Of a stretch of DNA of 64,000 bases, positions 28,838 through 41,487 are shown one piece after another (within the stretch, counting starts at the first letter, position 1; every line of letters begins with the position of its first letter). Origin of the DNA: Octopus sinensis (Eukaryota); assembly GCF_006345805.1 (NCBI RefSeq), contig NC_043008.1:54746001-54810000 (forward strand). The letters are read 5' to 3'. The notes beneath the pieces are model-generated. The model made no database searches. It saw only the letters and a list, made by a program, of their open reading frames with translations, and had not been told where the DNA came from. The position numbers and the translations under genes are program-made.

Positions 28838-28871
28838 ACTTCCAATAATTCAGTGTCAAATTAATTATATT

Positions 28872-28943
<72 letters not shown>

Positions 28944-29051
28944 AGTAATACAATTAAGGGCTCCTAAATTAGGATGCCGAGTGCTGGGAACACAAAAAGG
29001 GGATGAATTATCGAGAGTGAAAATCAAAAACGTTTACCGATAACTTTACAC

Positions 29052-29125
29052 CTCGGACTGATCAGTTTCTGCCTCTTTCTAGCAAAACACAGAATATGTT
29101 TGCTAAGGCTGGCTTCATCAACGAG
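29052..29125 (-). ncRNA. Type I hammerhead motif (left-arm copy of the 434-bp unit)
   Basis: Reverse complement of 29644-29717. Confidence 0.68.
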
Positions 29126-29643
29126 TCGCCTAAATTGAATCGAGGTCTGCAGCGATGTGAGACCATGTGTTGATCTCGACTACTAGCAGATCTTAACTTT
29201 TCAAATCTCTGCGCAGACGCAAAACTTACACGGCAGTATAGGGCATGCCGGGAAGAATTTTACGAATAAATCCATCAAGTAATATGCGAATATAAACAAG
29301 AAGGGTAGTAATATTGGTTACTACCAGGTGCCCAGCACAAAAGACGAATTAGTCATATACAAAAATATTATTCATGTAGTAATACAATTAAGGGCTCCTA
29401 AATTAGGATGCCGAGTGCTGGGAACACAAAAAGGGGATGAATTTATCGAGAGTGAAAATCAAAACCTTCTTGTTTATATTCGCATATTACTTGATGGATT
29501 TATTCGTAAAATTCTTCCAGGCATGCCCTATACTGCCGTGTAAGTTTTGCGTCTGCGCAGAGATTTGAAAAGTTAAGATCTGCTAGTAGTCGAGATCAAC
29601 ACATGGTCTCACATCGCTGCAGACCTCGATTCAATTTAGGCGA

Positions 29644-29717
29644 CTCGTTGATGAAGCCAGCCTTAGCAAACATATTCTGTGTTTTGCTAGAAAGAGGCAG
29701 AAACTGATCAGTCCGAG
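29644..29717 (+). ncRNA. Type I hammerhead motif with long stem II
   Basis: CTCG-TTGATGA-A-GCC...(inner AGCAAAC/GTTTTGCT hairpin)...GGC-A-GAAA-CTGATCAG-T-C-CGAG. Stem I is CTCG/CGAG, stem III is the 10-nt palindrome ACTGATCAGT, and the triplet is GUC. The core is the U3 variant. Confidence 0.68.
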
Positions 29718-29933
29718 GTGTAAAGTTATCGGTAAACGTTTTTGATTTTCACTCTCGATAAATTCATCCCCTTTTGTGTTCCCAGCACTCGGCATCCTAA
29801 TTTAGGAGCCCTTAATTGTATTACTACATGAATAATATTTTTCTATATGAATAATATTTTGTCTTATGACTAATTCGTCTTTTGTGCTGGGCACCTGGTA
29901 GTAACCAATATTACTACCCTTCTTGTTTTTATA

Positions 29934-29983
<50 letters not shown>

Positions 29984-30182
29984 GTGAGAGAGAGAGAGAG
30001 ATTTTGTATTATTGTGTTTCCAAACCATGAAATTATTAGCAGCTCATTTTAAAATAGCGTTTATATAAACGATATTCATCTCTCACTGGATGGAATAATT
30101 TTTTCCTGATCCTAATAACGGAAACGTAAACTGTATATATATATATATATATTATATTATATATATATATATATTATATATA

Positions 30183-33100
30183 TATAATTTCAACAATTGA
30201 GGGTAAAATTAATTAATTATCAATTTCACCAAGTATTCAGTATGCAAAGGGACCATTTAAGGCGAATTCAAATTATTACATTATATAAAAGGGCTTAGTA
30301 AAATAAATTACTTTGCCGCATACTGAACTCATTAGAAATAGCAGCCAAAAAAAAACTTTTTTAAAACTATTTCTAATACTTAAAGAAAACCTCTCTCATA
30401 TAGTGTTTGCTCAATTCAACTCACGAAAGTATGGGGGTAGAGACATTAAAAAATCAAATGCAAAGGTTATTTGAGAACGTACGTTTCAAGATTAGTCAAC
30501 TCGACATTTCTATCATCAGCTCAGAACTCCCTGGTTTGGATTTGAAAACACTGAAAGTGGGAGCATACCCTTTCGGCTTCTTATCGCTTCTGAAGATCTG
30601 CTCGAAACTAACAGTGCCAACAAACTCAAAAATGCAAGCGAAGAATTTCTGCTCTCCCCTTTCCACCAGCGTGGGTTAAAATCAGTAAACACTATGCTTT
30701 TTTCGGTAAAATCCGAGGCATTATATAGAGAGAGATGAATTATAATTTCAACAATTGAGGGTAAAATTAATTAATTAATCAATTTCACCAAGTATTCAGT
30801 ATGCAAAGGGACCATTTAAGGCGAATTCAAATTATTACATTATATAAAAGGGCTTAGTAAAATAAATTACTTTGCCGCATACTGAACTCATTAGAAATAG
30901 CAGCCAAAAAAAAAAAACTTTTTTAAAACTATTTCTAATACTTAAAGAAAACCTCTCTCATATAGTGTTTGCTCAATTCAACTCACGAAAGTATGGGGGT
31001 AGAGACATTAAAAAATCAAATGCAAAGGTTATTTGAGAACGTACGTTTCAAGATTAGTCAAACTCGACATTTCTATCATCAGCTCAGAACTCCATGGTTT
31101 GGATTTGAAAACACTGAAAGTGGGAGCATACCCTTTCGGCTTCTTATCGCTTCTGAAGATCTGCTCGAAACTAACAGTGCCAACAAACTCAAAAATGCAA
31201 GCGAAGAATTTCTGCTCTCCCCTTTCCACCAGCGTGGGTTAAAATCAGTAAACACTATGCTTTTTCGGTAAAATCCGAGGCATTATATAGAGAGAGATGA
31301 ATTATAATTTCAACAATTGAGGGTAAAATTAATTAATTAATCAATTTCACCAAGTATTCAGTATGCAAAGGGACCATTTAAGGCGAATTCAAATTATTAC
31401 ATTATATAAAAGGGCTTAGTAAAATAAATTACTTTGCCGCATACTGAACTCATTAGAAATAGCAGCCAAAAAAAAACTTTTTTAAAACTATTTCTAATAC
31501 TTAAAGAAAACCTCTCTCATATAGTGTTTGCTCAATTCAACTCACGAAAGTATGGGGGTAGAGACATTAAAAAATCAAATGCAAAGGTTATTTGAGAACG
31601 TACGTTTCAAGATTAGTCAAACTCGACATTTCTATCATCAGCTCAGAACTCCCTGGTTTGGATTTGAAAACACTGAAAGTGGGAGCATACCCTTTCGGCT
31701 TCTTATCGCTTCTGAAGATCTGCTCGAAACTAACAGTGCCAACAAACTCAAAAATGCAAGCGAAGAATTTCTGCTCTCCCCTTTCCACCAGCGTGGGTTA
31801 AAATCAGTAAACACTATGCTTTTATCGGTAAAATCCGAGGCATTATATAGAGAGAGATGAAATATAATTTCAACAATTGAGGGTAAAATTAATTAATTAA
31901 TCAATTTCACCAAGTATTCAGTATGCAAAGGGACCATTTAAGGCGAATTCAAATTATTACATTATATAAAAGGGCTTAGTAAAATAAATTACTTTGCCGC
32001 ATACTGAACTCATTAGAAATAGCAGCCAAAAAAAAACTTTTTTAAAACTATTTCTAATACTTAAAGAAAACCTCTCTCATATAGTGTTTGCTCAATTCAA
32101 CTCACGAAAGTATGGGGGTAGAGACATTAAAAAATCAAATGCAAAGGTTATTTGAGAACGTACGTTTCAAGATTAGTCAAACTCGACATTTCTATCATCA
32201 GCTCAGAACTCCCTGGTTTGGATTTGAAAACACTGAAAGTGGGAGCATACCCTTTCGGCTTCTTATCGCTTCTGAAGATCTGCTCGAAACTAACAGTGCC
32301 AACAAACTCAAAAATGCAAGCGAAGAATTTCTGCTCTCCCCTTTCCACCAGCGTGGGTTAAAATCAGTAAACACTATGCTTTTTTCGGTAAAATCCGAGG
32401 CATTATATAGAGAGAGATGAATTATAATTTCAACAATTGAGGGTAAAATTAATTAATTAATCAATTTCACCAAGTATTCAGTATGCAAAGGGACCATTTA
32501 AGGCGAATTCAAATTATTACATTATATAAAAGGGCTTAGTAAAATAAATTACTTTGCCGCATACTGAACTCATTAGGAATAGAAGCCAAAAAAAAACTTT
32601 TTTTAAACTATTTCTAATACTTAAAGAAAACCTCTCTCATATAGTGTTTGCTCAATTCAACTCACGAAAGTATGGGGGTAGAGACATTAAAAAATCAAAT
32701 GCAAAGGTTATTTGAGAACGTACGTTTCAAGATTAGTCAAACTCGATATTTCAATCATCAGCTCAGAACTCCCTGGTTTGGATTTGAAAACACTGAAAGT
32801 GGGAGCATACCCTTTCGGCTTCTTATCGCTTCTGAAGATCTGCTCGAAACTAACAGTGCCAACAAACTCAAAAATGCAAGCGAAGAATTTCTGCTCTCCC
32901 CTTTCCACCAGCGTGGGTTAAAATCAGTAAACACTATGCTTTTTTCGGTAAAATCCGAGGCATTATATAGAGAGATGAATTATAATTTCAACAATTGAGG
33001 GTAAAATTAATTAATTAATCAATTTCACCAAGTATTCAGTATGCAAAGGGACCATTTAAGGCGAATTCAAATTATTACATATATAAAAGGGCTTAGTAAA

Positions 33101-35349
33101 ATAAATTACTTTGCCGCATACTGAACTCATTAGAAATAGCAGCCAAAAAAAAAAACTTTTTTAAAACTATTTCTAATACTTAAAGAAAACCTCTCTCATA
33201 TAGTGTTTGCTCAATTCAACTCACGAAAGTATGGGGGTAGAGACATTAAAAAATCAAATGCAAAGGTTATTTGAGAACGTACGTTTCAAGATTAGTCAAA
33301 CTCGACATTTCTATCATCAGCTCAGAACTCCATGGTTTGGATTTGAAAACACTGAAAGTGGGAGCATACCCTTTCGGCTTCTTATCGCTTCTGAAGATCT
33401 GCTCGAAACTAACAGTGCCAACAAACTCAAAAATGCAAGCGAAGAATTTCTGCTCTCCCCTTTCCACCAGCGTGGTTTAAAATCAGTAAACACTATGCTT
33501 TTTTCGGTAAAATCCGAGGCATTATATAGAGAGAGATGAATTATAATTTCAACAATTGAGGGTAAAATTAATTAATTAATCAATTTCACCAAGTATTCAG
33601 TATGCAAAGGGACCATTTAAGGCGAATTCAAATTATTACATTATATAAAAGGGCTTAGTAAAATAAATTACTTTGCCGCATACTGAACTCATTAGAAATA
33701 GCAGCCAAAAAAAAACTTTTTTAAAACTATTTCTAATACTTAAAGAAAACCTCTCTCATATAGTGTTTGCTCAATTCAACTCACGAAAGTATGGGGGTAG
33801 AGACATTAAAAAATCAAATGCAAAGGTTATTTGAGAACGTACGTTTCAAGATTAGTCAAACTCGACATTTCTATCAACAGCTCAGAACTCCCTGGTTTGG
33901 ATTTGAAAACACTGAAAGTGGGAGCATACCCTTTCGGCTTCTTATCGCTTCTGAAGATCTGCTCGAAACTAACAGTGCCACAAACTCAAAAATGCAAGCG
34001 AAGAATTTCTGCTCTCCCCTTCCACCAGCGTGGGTTAAAATCAGTAAACACTATGCTTTTATCGGTAAAATCCGAGGCATTATATAGAGAGAGATGAAAT
34101 ATAATTTCAACAATTGAGGGTAAAATTAATTAATTAATCAATTTCACCAAGTATTCAGTATGCAAAGGGACCATTTAAGGCGAACTCAAATTATTACATT
34201 ATATAAAAGGGCTTAGTAAAATAAATTACTTTGCCGCATACTGAAATCATTAGAAATAGCAGCCAAAAAAAAACTTTTTTAAAACTATTTCTAATACTTA
34301 AAGAAAACCTCTCTCATATAGTGTTTGCTCAATTCAACTCACGAAAGTATGGGGGTAGAGACATTAAAAAATCAAATGCAAAGGTTATTTGAGAACGTAC
34401 GTTTCAAGATTAGTCAAACTCGACATTTCTATCATCAGCTCAGAACTCCCTGGTTTGGATTTGAAAACACTGAAAGTGGGAGCATACCCTTTCGGCTTCT
34501 TATCGCTTCTGAAGATCTGCTCGAAACTAACAGTGCCAACAAACTCAAAAATGCAAGCGAAGAATTTCTGCTCTCCCCTTTCCACCAGCGTGGGTTAAAA
34601 TCAGTAAACACTATGCTTTTTTCGGTAAAATCCGAGGCATTATATATAGAGAGATGAATTATAATTTCAACAATTGAGGGTAAAATTAATTAATTAATCA
34701 ATTTCACCAAGTATTCAGTATGCAAAGGGACCATTTAAGGCGAATTCAAATTATTACATTATATAAAAGGGCTTAGTAAAATAAATTACTTTGCCGCATA
34801 CTGAACTCATTAGAAATAGCAGCCAAAAAAAAAAAAAACTTTTTAAAAACTATTTCTAATACTTAAAGAAAACCTCTCTCATATAGTGTTTGCTCAATTC
34901 AACTCACGAAAGTATGGGGGTAGAGACATTAAAAAATCAAATTCAAAGGTTATTTGAGAACGTACGTTTCAAGATTAGTCAAACTCGACATTTCTATCAT
35001 CAGCTCAGAACTCCCTGGTTTGGATTTGAAAACACTGAAAGTGGGAGCATACCCTTTCGGCTTCTTATCGCTTCTGAAGATCTGCTCGAAACTAACAGTG
35101 CCAACAAACTCAAAAATGCAAGCGAAGAATTTCTGCTCTCCCCTTTCCACCAGCGTGGGTTAAAATCAGTAAACACTATGCTTTTTCGGTAAAATCCGAG
35201 GCATTATATAGAGAGAGATGAATTATAATTTCAACAATTGAGGGTAAAATAATTAATTAATAATCAATTTCACCAAGTATTCAGTATGCAAAGGGACCAT
35301 TTAAGCCGAATTCAAATTATTACATTATATAAAAGGGCTTAGTAAATAA
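30183..35349 (-). mobile_element. Tandem array of ~560-bp hammerhead-bearing units (retrozyme-like / PLE-derived, non-autonomous): 9 full units plus a ~125-bp partial unit
   Basis: Units start TATAATTTCAACAATTGAGGG at 30183, 30741, 31303, 31863, 32423, 32981, 33542, 34100, 34660 and 35224 (period 558-564). Units are nearly identical. Each has one type I HHR motif on the minus strand. The left end abuts (TA)n. Confidence 0.9.
31034..31086 (-). ncRNA. Type I hammerhead ribozyme motif (representative copy, 560-bp unit 2)
   Basis: Minus strand reads TGAG-CTGATGA-T-AGA-AAT-GTC-GAGTTT-GAC-TAA-TCT-T-GAAA-CGTACG-T-T-CTCA. Stem I is TGAG/CTCA, the core boxes CUGAUGA and GAAA are intact, stem III is the palindrome ACGTACGT, and the cleavage triplet is GUU. 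Stem II is imperfect with a U.U closing pair. Other copies: 30472-30523, 31593-31645, 32153-32205, 32713-32765, 33272-33324, 33832-33884 (core mutated to CTGTTGA), 34390-34442, 34955-35007. Confidence 0.72.
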
Positions 35350-36084
35350 CCTTTGCATTTGATGTTTTAATGTCTCTACCCCCATACTTTCGTGAGTTGA
35401 ATTGAGCAAACACTATATGAGAGAGGTTTTCTTTAAGTATTAGAAATAGTTTTAAAAAAGTTTTTTTGGCTGCTATTTCTAATGAGTTCAGTATGCGGCA
35501 AAGTAATTTATTTTACTAAGCCCTTTTATATAATGTAATAATTTGAATTCGCCTTAAATGGTCCCTTTGCATACTGAATACTTGGTGAAATTGATTAATT
35601 AATTAATTTACCCTCAATTGTTGAAATTATAATTCATCTCTCTCTATATAATGCCTCGGATTTTACCGAAAAAAGCATAGTGTTTACTGATTTTAACCCA
35701 CGCTGGTGGAAAGGGGAGAGCAGAAATTCTTCGCTTGCATTTTTGAGTTTGTTGGCACTGTTAGTTTCGAGCAGATCTTCAGAAGCGATAAGAAGCCGAA
35801 AGGGTATGCTCCCACTTTCAGTGTTTTCAAATCCAAACCAGGGAGTTCTGAGCTGATGATAGAAATGTCGAGTTTGACTAATCTTGAAAAGTACGTTCTC
35901 AAATAACCTTTGCATTTGATTTTTTAATGTCTCTACCCCCATACTTTCGTGAGTTGAATTGAGCAAACACTATATGAGAGAGGTTTTCTTTAAGTATTAG
36001 AAATAGTTTTAAAAAAGTTTTTTTTGGCTGCTATTTCTAATGAGTTCAGTATGCGGCAAAGTAATGTATTTTACTAAGCCCTTT

Positions 36085-36092
<8 letters not shown>
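35344..36092 (+). mobile_element. Inverted arm (~1.3 units) of the 560-bp array
   Basis: Reverse complement of the array unit. It starts at AAATAACCTTTGC (6-nt AAATAA microhomology with the forward arm) and ends at CCCTTTTATATAAT, running into (TA)n. Confidence 0.92.
35849..35901 (+). ncRNA. Type I hammerhead motif in the inverted arm (stem III mutated)
   Basis: TGAG-CTGATGA-...-GAAA-AGTACG-TT-CTCA. A C>A change breaks the ACGTACGT palindrome seen in the other copies. Confidence 0.6.
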
Positions 36093-36160
<68 letters not shown>

Positions 36161-36427
36161 AATGAATGTGTACGAAGAAAATCATATCTTTATTTTAGAT
36201 GACACCTTAAATATGCAACAAATATTTCAATGTTTAGTTGAATATTAGAGAAAAACAAAAGACGAAGACAGGTGTATGAACACCAGGTAGGTGTACTAGT
36301 TTGACGCTCGGGAAAGGGAGAAAATCTTTTTACGTTTCTAGCCAACGCTCTTCAATAGAAAGGAATAAGAGAAAATAGAGAGAATAAATAAAACGTGTGG
36401 ATTTAGCGATTAAACATGTTGACTGGT

Positions 36428-36470
<43 letters not shown>

Positions 36471-36919
36471 ACACACACACACACACACATAAACACACCT
36501 ATATATTTTCATGCAACTGAAAGAATTGCCGGATTTTTAAGGTGTGAACTGAAATAAAGATACGATTTTCTTAGTACATACCACTGACTGTTGTTAATAC
36601 TCTGAACGTCTTAAAATTCTGCAGAACTATTGTTGGTTTTACGACATACATAAGGATTTACCTGGGATTTTGTATTCTACATACATTTACTGGTATCTAC
36701 TTATGTCAAATTTAACCTTAATCCTTTACACTCAGTGCTTACTTGATATCTGACATGGTTTTTTAATCCTATTTTTCCTTCTCTGTCTGTCTGTCTCTCT
36801 GTATATACACACTAGGGCATACACATGCAATCACATATACACATATGAGTATATATATATCTTTTTCTTACTCTGTCTCTATATGTACTTATATGTATAT
36901 GCATATATATGCATATATA

Positions 36920-37787
<868 letters not shown>

Positions 37788-38439
37788 TATATATAATATT
37801 TCTTTATTACCCACAAGGGGGATAAACATAGAGGGGACAAACAAGGACAGACAAAGGGATTAAGTCCATTACATCGACCCCAGTGCTTAACTGGTACTTA
37901 ATTTATCGATCCCGAAAGGATGAAAGATAAAGTCAACCTCGGCGGAGTTTGAACTCAGAACGTAACGGCAGACGAAATACCGCTAAGCATTTCGTCCGGC
38001 GTGCCAACGATTCTGCCAGCTCGCCACCTTTTAGCTTTTGTTTCAATCATTGTAATGCTGCCATGCTGTGGCACCGCTGTGAAGGGTTTAGACGAACAAT
38101 TCCACCCTATTGTTTATTTTGAAGTTTGCTAATTATTCTTTAATATCACTTTGACGACTCGCTAGATTACGAGAACGCACTTAGCGAATGAACGTAGAAG
38201 GACGTGGTCGGAAACGATTTCAAGAATATTTGACCCATTTAAAGGATGAAATGCAATGACAATTTCCGTAGGAGTTGAAAGCAAAGCTCAAAGAGCCATG
38301 AGAAACACTGCAATGTATTCTCTTCGACACTCTGACTATTCTTCCAACCCACCTACCTAGTTAACTGGATAAGAATCCTTTTATATCACTGAAAATTACT
38401 ATGAAGTTAATTTTTTTTTCATTGGCTACTGGGGACTTG

Positions 38440-38740
38440 CGGAGGCACATGGCCCAGTGGTTAATGCAGCGGTTGAGGGATCGCGGGTTCGATTCTCAGA
38501 CCGGGCGATGTGTGTGTTTATGAGGGAAGCACCTGAGCTCCACGCGGCTCCGGCAGAAGGTAATGGCAAACTTCTGCTGACTCTTTCGCCACAACTTTCT
38601 CTCACTCTTTCCTCCTGCATCTTGCAGCTCACCTGCGACGGACCGGCGTCCCGTCCAGGTGGGGAACCTATACGCCAAGGAAACCGGGAAACGGGCCCTA
38701 TGAGCCAGGCATGGCTCGAGAAGGAACAAACAAAACAACT
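38440..38740 (+). mobile_element. tRNA-derived SINE (head C + X-like tail)
   Basis: GGAGGCACATGGCCCAGTGGTTA...GGTTCGATTC...CTGCGACGGACCGGCGTCCCGTCCAG...AACAAACAAAAC. A head-only copy lies at about 51825-52020 (-). Confidence 0.8.
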
Positions 38741-39451
38741 TTCACCATACTATACATGAATGTGAGCGAAGAAAGCCTTACATAATATCAAAGCTGTCGT
38801 ACTATGTAGTTTACTCACAAAAAGCGATGAAACATCAGTGTTTATGGCATTGCGAAAGGTACTGAAAGTTACTCTAGTACACATCTTGTCAGAGCTCTGA
38901 CTTTCTTCGTTGTGACATCAAATCACATTAGTGTGAAGGGGATGATTTTATTAATGAAATTCCTTTTATTTGATAATTACTGGTAAATACAATTCGGTGC
39001 ACTGTGGCACAGGACGTAACGATTGAATTTACAGTCCTTTTTCTTCTACAAGTTCCTTTGTGTCTAAATAACAAACATCCATTGTCAACTAGTTTTGAAG
39101 AACGTTGTGAAGAGCGAGTGGCAAACATCAAGTAAACTGAGATAGCTAAGAAGATTTAATCTCAGGTTGAAGCCATTTCAGTAAAGCATATCCCAGCCAG
39201 CGCATTAGCGATGCAAATGAAATCATTTCAAATTACATTGTTAATATTCATGATAAAAAGCATGCATGACGCAGCAAACCATATATGACTTCCTCTAAAA
39301 TGCTGAAGTTTCAGTCGTTGTCAAAAACAATCCAGCTATTTTACATATCACAATGTGTTCATATGCAGAGCAGTTATATTAAGAACAACACAATCAGTAG
39401 TTGCAACAACAATAATAACAACAATACGGATAATATTAGAGGAAAATAACG

Positions 39452-40070
39452 GCCGCGAGCTGGCAGAAACGTTAGCACGCCGGGCGAAATGCGTTGCCGT
39501 TACGTTCTGATTTCAATTTCCGCCGAGTTCGACTTTGCCTTTCATCTTTTCGGGGTGGATAAATTAAGCACCAGTTACGCATTGGGGTCGATGTAATCGA
39601 CTTAATACCTATGTCTGTCCTTGTTTGTCCCCTCTAGGTTTAGCCCCTTGTGGGTAATAAAGAAATAGGTATTTCGTCTGCCGTTACGTTCTGATTTCAA
39701 ATTCCGCCGAGTTCGACTTTGCCTTTCATCCTTTCGGGGTCGATAAATTAAGTACCAGTTACGCACTGGCGTCGATGTAATCAACTTAATCCGTTTGTCT
39801 CTCCTTGTGTTTAGCCCCTTGTGGGTAGTAAAGAAATAAATATTTGAGGAAAATGGAGACGAGCTGGCGGAGATGTTAGCGCGTGGGCCAAAGAACTTGG
39901 CGATGGCGACGTTTTTTTCTGGTTCAGTTAGAATACTGCCGAGGTCAACTTTGCATTTTATCTTTTCGTGGTCGATGAAATAAAATACCAATGAAATCCT
40001 TCCACTTGCTTATTTCTCTCAAAATTGCTGGCCTTCTACCCAAAATTTGAAAGAACATTAGAGGCCAAAA
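39452..40070 (+). mobile_element. Family A SINE tandem plus a diverged copy
   Basis: Head plus two body-tail units joined at AAATAGGTATTTCG (about 39665). Confidence 0.82.
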
Positions 40071-40285
40071 AGGAATTGAACCATGTCAAGAACAATAACA
40101 ACAGCAACATTAAATACCAATGATTTTACAGAATAAAGAATTGTAGAAATAGCGAGAGTCGGAGCGACAACATTAACACTAGCAACAGCGACAAGAAGAA
40201 CAACAGTTACCACTATTTTGGAAAGAAGGTCATTAAATATGTACCGTTTATTCTGTTGTCATATCCTTTTTCTAGTCTATCTATA

Positions 40286-40336
<51 letters not shown>

Positions 40337-40364
40337 ACGTATACACATGCATATATACATAAAT

Positions 40365-40395
<31 letters not shown>

Positions 40396-40784
40396 ATTAT
40401 ATATATATATATATACCTATCTATCTACCTACCTACCGAGCTACCGACCTACCTACATACCTACATACCTACCTACCTACCTACCTACCTACCTACCTAC
40501 CTACATACCTACCTACATACCTACTTACCTACCTACTTACCTACCTACTTACCTACCTACCTACCTACCTACCTACCTACCTACCTACATATATACATAC
40601 ATACATACGTACATATGTACATACATACATATATACATCTCTTAGCTCTTAGATCGTCCACTGCTCTCAGAACAACGGACAATGAGCTTTCTCCAGGCAT
40701 TCCCATTGCTCGCCTCCTTTCGGATCCATTAGGACCAACTTTCATCGCTATCATGTCGTCCCGGAGATTACAGGCAAGCTCATC

Positions 40785-40954
40785 GTCATCAATTCACCGT
40801 GAAAAAAGTTCAATGTGAGGAAAGTCCACTGCAAGGAAAGTTTACCGAGAAAATTTATCCATGGTATCTCACCATTTATAGTTAAAGCACTACTTTATTG
40901 AAAAGAAACGGGGTGTGGATGACGGTGAACTTACCCTGGGGGTGAATTGATGAC
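40785..40954. mobile_element. MITE-like element
   Basis: 14-bp inverted repeat GTCATCAATTCACC / GGTGAATTGATGAC. Confidence 0.55.
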
Positions 40955-41234
40955 AGTGAACTTACTGAACATGCGTCCCGGAACGTAGTGCACCACATTT
41001 TATTTCTTTACTACCCACAAGGGGCTAAACATAGAGGGGACAAACAAGAACAGACAAAAGGATTAAGTCGATTACATCGACCCCAGTGCATAACTGGTAC
41101 TTAATTTATCGACGCCAAAAGGATGAAAGGCAAAGTCTACCTCGGCGGAATTTGAACTCAGAATGTAATGGCAGACGAAACACCGTTAAGCATTTCGCCC
41201 GGCGCGCTAAAGTTTCTGCCAGCTCGCCGCCTTA

Positions 41235-41487
41235 TAACTGCACCACGTCTGTCTTGGTCTCCCTCTATGTCTTTTCCCTCCTCCTGACATCCACTCTGCC
41301 ACACGGTGATAGTAAGTCTAACCCGCGGTATTCAAGCCACATGGCCAGTAAAACACATCCGCTGCTTACTCACCTTGTCCTGCAAATTTCCCTTGTCCAG
41401 TCTTCTTGTCATCTTTTCGTTTCTCACTCTCTCCTCGTAAGAGATTCCCAGAACTGAACGTATGCTGCGTCGATGAAACTCGTCCGT
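41235..41487 (-). pseudogene. RTE-like LINE ORF C-terminal fragment
   Basis: DEFHRRSIRSVLGISYEERVRNEK...FTGHVA, then KRHRGRPRQTW. Confidence 0.75.

Larger units (their letters stand above)
28941..29928. mobile_element. Head-to-head pair of ~434-bp hammerhead-bearing units
   Basis: Left arm 28941-29464: TGTAGTAATACAATTAAGGG recurs at 28941 and 29375. Right arm 29465-29928 is the reverse complement, starting and ending with CCTTCTTGTTT. Both outer ends lie in (TA)n. Confidence 0.9.

Noticed and set aside
30585-30615. Plus-strand CTGAAGA-TCTGCTC-GAAA in the 560-bp unit as a second hammerhead
   Set aside because: Stems I, II and III cannot form. It is probably chance or a relic.
30183-35349. 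CRISPR array or plain satellite interpretation of the 560-bp repeat
   Set aside because: There are no unique spacers or cas genes and the context is eukaryotic. The HHR per unit and the inverted arm argue against simple satellite DNA, though later unequal exchange is likely.
30407-35966. Repeated 66-116 aa ORFs (MLNSTHES..., MERGEQ..., MRTYVS...) in the 560-bp unit
   Set aside because: They overlap on both strands, start at non-ATG codons in part, show no recognisable motif, and change with homopolymer indels. The unit is better explained as non-coding.
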